Below, piece after piece: positions 59,379 through 64,000 of a stretch of DNA of 64,000 nt; position 1 is the first letter of the stretch, and the number at the start of each line of letters is the position of its first letter. The DNA is from Cyanophora paradoxa CCMP329. Lineage: Eukaryota > Plantae > Glaucophyta. Both the position numbers and the translations under genes were made by a program. The notes beneath the pieces were generated by a model. The model saw nothing but the letters and a program-made list of their open reading frames with translations. It was not told the DNA's origin and searched no databases. Where the stretch lies: assembly GCA_004431415.1 (NCBI GenBank), contig QPMI01000435.1, forward strand, positions 124,001 through 188,000, written 5' to 3'.

Positions 59379-62300
59379 ATGGCTTCGGCAGCAGCGCGCC
59401 GCGTGGATGCGATAGCCCGCCAGATCGCCGGCGTGCGGTCGGAGGAGCAGCAGCGGCCCGCCGGCGCCGAAGCGGGCTTCCCGGTCGAAAAGATGAGAAC
59501 GCTGCTTGATGCTCACAACCACGACACCCGCCGGCGGGTGTACACGCTCCTCGGTGCGCCGGATGGCCGACAACCGCTCGCTGCGCTTACCGGCGCGCCG
59601 CAGCGAGCGATCCGCTCTTCGCGTACAACTATGACATGAAGTACGTGAGCTCGCCGCGCGAGGGCCCGTCGTGCCTGCGCCGCGGCACGCGCGGGTCCCT
59701 TGACGCCATCCGCCACTCGTCAGGCTGAGCGAGGTCCGGGAGATCAACTGGCAGCGGGCCCAGCGGCTCGTGCGCGCCGGCTTCTTCAAGGGCCACCTCA
59801 CCAGCGGGGGGCGGGACGTGCAGTGCGCCCGGGATCCCCGCGAGCGGCCGTGCGGCGCGGGCGACGCGCGCGCAGGATCAACCTGGAGCACATGGCGACC
59901 ATGGAGTGCCTCGCCGCGTACGACCACCAGCTGCAGGCGCGCCGCCGCGCCGCGCCGCGCCGGCTTCTCCGGCGCGGGGCCGACCGGGGCGGCGTGCGCA
60001 GGTTCTGTGCGGCGTCCACCTGGGCCTCTTCGGCGTCTCGGTGATGAAGCTCGGCACGGAGAAGCACCGCCACCTCCTCCAGACCGTTGAGGGCGCGCGC
60101 GGGAGCCGCCGCTGAGGTCGCCGCGCGCTCACGCCGCGCCCCGCGCAGACTTCCAGACGATCGGCTGCTTCGGGCTGACGGAGCTGGGCCACGGCTCGAA
60201 CGTGCGCGGCATCGAGACCGAGGCGACGTACGACAAGGCCACCGGCGAGGTCCGAGCCCGCGCCCTCCGCCCCCCCGCCGCCCACCCGGGCCCTTCCGAC
60301 CGGCGCCGGCGCGCAGTTCGTCATCAACAGCCCTACGGAGACCTCCCAGAAGTACTGGATCGGCGCCGCCGGTGCGCGCGCCCTCCGGCCCCTCCGGTAC
60401 GGCCGCGCCGCCCGACGAGCCGGCCGCCGGCGGCGGCGGCGCGCGCAGCGATGCGGGCGCACTTCTCGGTGGTCTTCGCGAACCTCGCGATCGGGGGCGA
60501 AAACAAGGGCGTCCACGCCTTCGTCGTCCGCATCCGGTCCGCCGCGGGCCCCGCCGCCGCCCCCGCCCCCGCCGCCTCCGAAGCCGACGCGGCGGGTGCG
60601 CCAGCAACGCGGACGGGACGGTGTGCCCCGGCATCCGCATCGCCGACTGCGGGCACAAGATGGGCCTCAATGGCGCGCCCCGCGCGGCGCGGCGCGGCGC
60701 GGCGGGGCGTGCCCCCTGAGGCGGGGCGGGGCGCAGGGGTGGACAACGGGCGCATCTGGCTGGACCACGTCCGCGTGCCCCGCGACGCCCTCCTCGACCG
60801 CATCGCCCAGGTCCCTCCGTCCCCGCCTCGTCCGCTGCTGCTGCTGCTGCTTCTTCTTCGTCTTTGACGCCCTCGGCTTCAGGTGACGGAGGCCGGGGAG
60901 TACCGCAGCCCGCTCCCCTCGGCCGAGGCCCGCTTCGCCGCCCTCATGCGTGCGCCCGCCCGCCCCGCCCCGCCCCGCGACGGCCGACGGGGCGGGGGCG
61001 CAGTGCCGCTGACGGGCGGGCGCGTCGGCATCGCGATGAACTCTGTGAACGTCGCCAAGGTCCCGGGCACCCGCTCCTAGCCCCGCGCCCGGGTCGCTGA
61101 GGGCGGCGGCGGCAGATCGCGCTGGCGACGGCCGTCCGCTACTCGCTCACGCGGCGCGCCTTCGGGCCCCCGGGCCAGCCCGAGGTCACCCTCATGGAGT
61201 ACCAGAGCCACCAGGCCCGCCCGCCTTCTCGTAGCCCGCCCGCCCGCCTGCCTACGCTGACGCGGCTTCCCGGCAGGCGCGGCTGATGCCGCTGGTGGCT
61301 GCAACGTACGCCCTCAACTTCGCCTGCGTCGACCTCAAGGCGCGCCACCCCGGACCCCGTCCCCGCCCCGCCCTGCTCACGGGCGGGCAGATGAAGCACG
61401 CGCGGGGGGCGGCGGACACGGTCAAGGAGGTCCACGTCGTCTCCTCCGGCCTCAAGGCGCGCCCCTTCGCCGCCCGCGCCCGCGCACGCCCCCGCGCCGG
61501 AATCGACGCGGGGCGGGGCGGGGCGCAGGCGCTGGCGACGTGGCACATGTCGCGGGCCATCCAGGAGTGCCGCGAGGCCTGCGGCGGCCAGGGCGCGCCT
61601 TCCCTGCTCTTCCCCCCGAGGACCCGGCTGAGCCGCGCTGACGGAGGGGCGGCAGGCTACAAGTCGGACAACCGGTTCGGGGCGCTGCGGGCCGACCACG
61701 ACGTGGCCCTCACCTTCGAGGCGAGCGCCGGCCCCGACCCCCCCGCCCTGGACGCCCGCGGGCCTGACGGGGCGGGGCGGGGCGGGCGGGGCGGCAGGGT
61801 GACAACACGGTGCTGCTGCAGCAGGTCGCGAAGGCGCTGCTGGCGGAGCTGAAGAGCTCGCGGGGGGCCCTGGAGGAGGCGGGCCGCCGCGTGCGGGGCC
61901 GCCTCGCCGCCAAGCCCAACGTCCGCTGCCCCGAGTGGCAGCGCGCCGTCTTCGAGGCCCGCCCCGCGCCCCCGTGCCCCCGGCCCCGCCCGCCCCTCTC
62001 CGACCCGCCTCCGGCGCAGGCGCGGCGGCTGGACCTGCTGATGAACCTCGGCCTCAAGTACCAGCAGGCCCTCGAGGCCTCCAAGGGCCCGCCCCGCCCG
62101 CCCCCCGCCCGCCCGCCCCCGCCCCGCACGCTGGGATCGAGGGCGGCGGGGCGGGGCGGGCGGCAGGGGAGTTCTGGGCGTGGAACAAGTGCCTGGACGT
62201 GGCGGGGGCCCTGGGGCGCGCCCACACCGAGCTCGTCGTCCTCCAGGCGAGCTCGCGGGCGGACCGCCGGCCCCGCCCGCCCCCGTCTGACCCGTCTCTC

Positions 62301-62429
62301 TCGCCCGCGCGCAGCGGTTCGACGAGGCGCTGGCGGCGGGGGGGCTGGACGGCGCCCTGCGCGCCCCGCTCGCCCTCGCCCGCTCCCTCTACGCCCTCAC
62401 CCGCATCGACGGTGCCCTCCCCTCCCCGC

Positions 62430-62467
<38 letters not shown>

Positions 62468-62887
62468 TCGCCTCGACGTCGAGGCGTGCGGCGCAGAGGA
62501 GGCGACGTTCCTGCGGCACCAGTACGTGGACCGGAAGACGGCGGAGGAGGTGCACGCCGCGCAGCTCGCCCTCTGCGCCGACGCCGCCGCCGTCCGTCTT
62601 CCCCGGCCCCCCTGCCCCCGCGCCCCCGGCTCTGTTTGTCGCGCCCCGCCCGACGCGGCCGGGGCGGCAGATCGCGCGCCCGCTGGTCGACGCGTTCGGC
62701 ATCCCCGACTTCATGCTCGGTGCCGGCCGCCGCCCGCCGCCCGCCCGCCCGCCCCGCCATTGGGCGCGGCCGACGCGGCGGGGGGCCGGCGCGCGCAGGG
62801 GCGATCGCGCACGACTGGGTGGCCCACAACAGCTGGGACGCCGTCCCCCCGCACCTCCGCCAGGAGGGGCCCCGCCCCGCCCGCTGA
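59379..62887 (+). CDS. ACX: Peroxisomal acyl-CoA oxidase with a PTS2-like N-terminus (spliced)
   Basis: [54 protein letters not shown] and TFE|GDNTVLLQQ (catalytic Glu). N-terminal RVDAIARQI. Confidence 0.95.
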
Positions 62888-63444
62888 GCCCCGCCCCGCC
62901 GTCGCGACCCGGACCTACTGAGCGTAGGCATGTACCCCCGCGCACATGTACATGCTGCTGCTTCCCCTGCAGTCGCGTTGTGTGGAGCACAGTCCAAAAA
63001 GCGCTGCAGCGCTAGCGGGTGAGGATCGGGGCCGATCGCGATCGTGCACATGTCATGATGATGTTCGGCAAGCACTTCCAAATTAATGCAAGCACGCGTC
63101 AAATCGACGGTAGTCAATACAGGAACGATAACTAGGCACACTTGTACTAGCTCGAAAAGCGAAAGCCTATGCCGCCCTAAACATGAATTCCCTCTTCAGA
63201 AAAAAAACTCGGTTGAAGCTAAGATTGAATTGAATAAAGCTTACGCAAACCATGCACCTTTCAGATTTATCGCGAAGAGACTACACTAATGCGAGACCTG
63301 TGGGCTAAACTCGGGAGCCCTTGCCAAGTTGATCTCAAGGCCGTCGCCTTTATTGACATTGGTTGCAGACAGGACCGGAACTGAAATCTATCTTTTAACG
63401 CGCCTAGGGCCTGCAACCGCACGTGCTGCGGCTCCGACGGCCGC

Positions 63445-64000
63445 CTACAGGTCGACGAAGCCGACGCGGTTGGGGTTGGGGGCCGCGTTGACGGTCCGGC
63501 GGCCGTACTTGCAGTAGAGGCAGAGGCCGATGGCGAGGGCGGTGCCGAAGCCGGCCGCCAGGCCGAGGCTCACACCGAGGATGGCCCCCAGGTTGCCCTC
63601 CCCCGAGTTGGACGACGAGGAAGTGGACGAGGCGCCCGTGCTGGCGCCGGAGCTGCTCGAGCCGGCGCCGGTGCTGGCGCTCGTCGTCTGCCACTGGAAG
63701 GCCTGCGGTGCGAGAGCCGTTGAGACAGAGAACGGCCAGGCAGAGAATATAACTCTTTAAGGTCGGAACGGGTCGGACCTCAGCGATGGTGACGGGCGTG
63801 AAGGCGTTCGTGGGGCTCGAGATGGTGAGGTCGTAGTTCTTGCCCGCCGTGAGCTGCAGCAGCTTGCGGGCCGCGCAGGTGGCGCTCGCCGGGGCCGGCG
63901 CCACGAAGGTGATGAGCGTGGCAGACACGATCTTGGCGTCGGTGCCCTTGGCCGTGCACTTGCCGTCCGTGATCGTGATGTCGATGACGCCGGCCTTGCC
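63445..64000 (-). CDS. C-terminal part of a type-I membrane protein (Ig/IPT-like domain, Ser/Thr linker, TM, short tail); partial
   Basis: ...VSATLITFVAPAP...RKLLQ...VTIAE|AFQWQTT, Ser-rich linker, TM LGAILGVSLGLAAGFGTALAIGLCLYC, then KYGRR. Stop at 63445-63447. Confidence 0.7.

Noticed and set aside
1-64000. Prokaryotic origin, suggested by the histidine kinase, FixL-like PAS and M14 peptidase
   Set aside because: All are interrupted by spliceosomal introns and flanked by ubiquitin-system and homeobox genes. No rRNA or tRNA genes were recognised.

Overview
Very GC-rich, intron-dense eukaryotic nuclear DNA from an alga or protist (a glaucophyte-like genome is plausible, but this is inference). 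Introns are short (~50-110 nt) and many use GC donors, so most entries in the six-frame ORF track are exon fragments or antisense shadows. By manual splicing I reconstruct about 15 genes, in order: a partial Pro/Ala repeat ORF, a double SKP1-domain protein, a divergent homeobox gene, a bacterial-type M14 carboxypeptidase, a triple-GAF hybrid histidine kinase whose receiver exons are tandemly amplified 5x, a membrane receptor fusing HAMP, a FixL-type heme-PAS, an adenylate cyclase and a class I phosphodiesterase, three F-box proteins (two with ankyrin repeats) interleaved with a UBX/MIU protein, a catalytically altered dienelactone hydrolase, an RCC1-HECT E3 ligase, leishmanolysin, acyl-CoA oxidase and a partial type-I membrane protein. 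Non-coding highlights are a Tc2/pogo-like MITE, a 180-nt A/T-free palindromic core, and paralogue-based evidence for a mutational process that inserts short direct and inverted copies of adjacent sequence. The best candidate for a novel system is the putative O2-sensing adenylate cyclase-phosphodiesterase receptor at 24741-32148. All gene models are hand-spliced and unverified by transcript data. Homopolymer indels suggest long-read errors.
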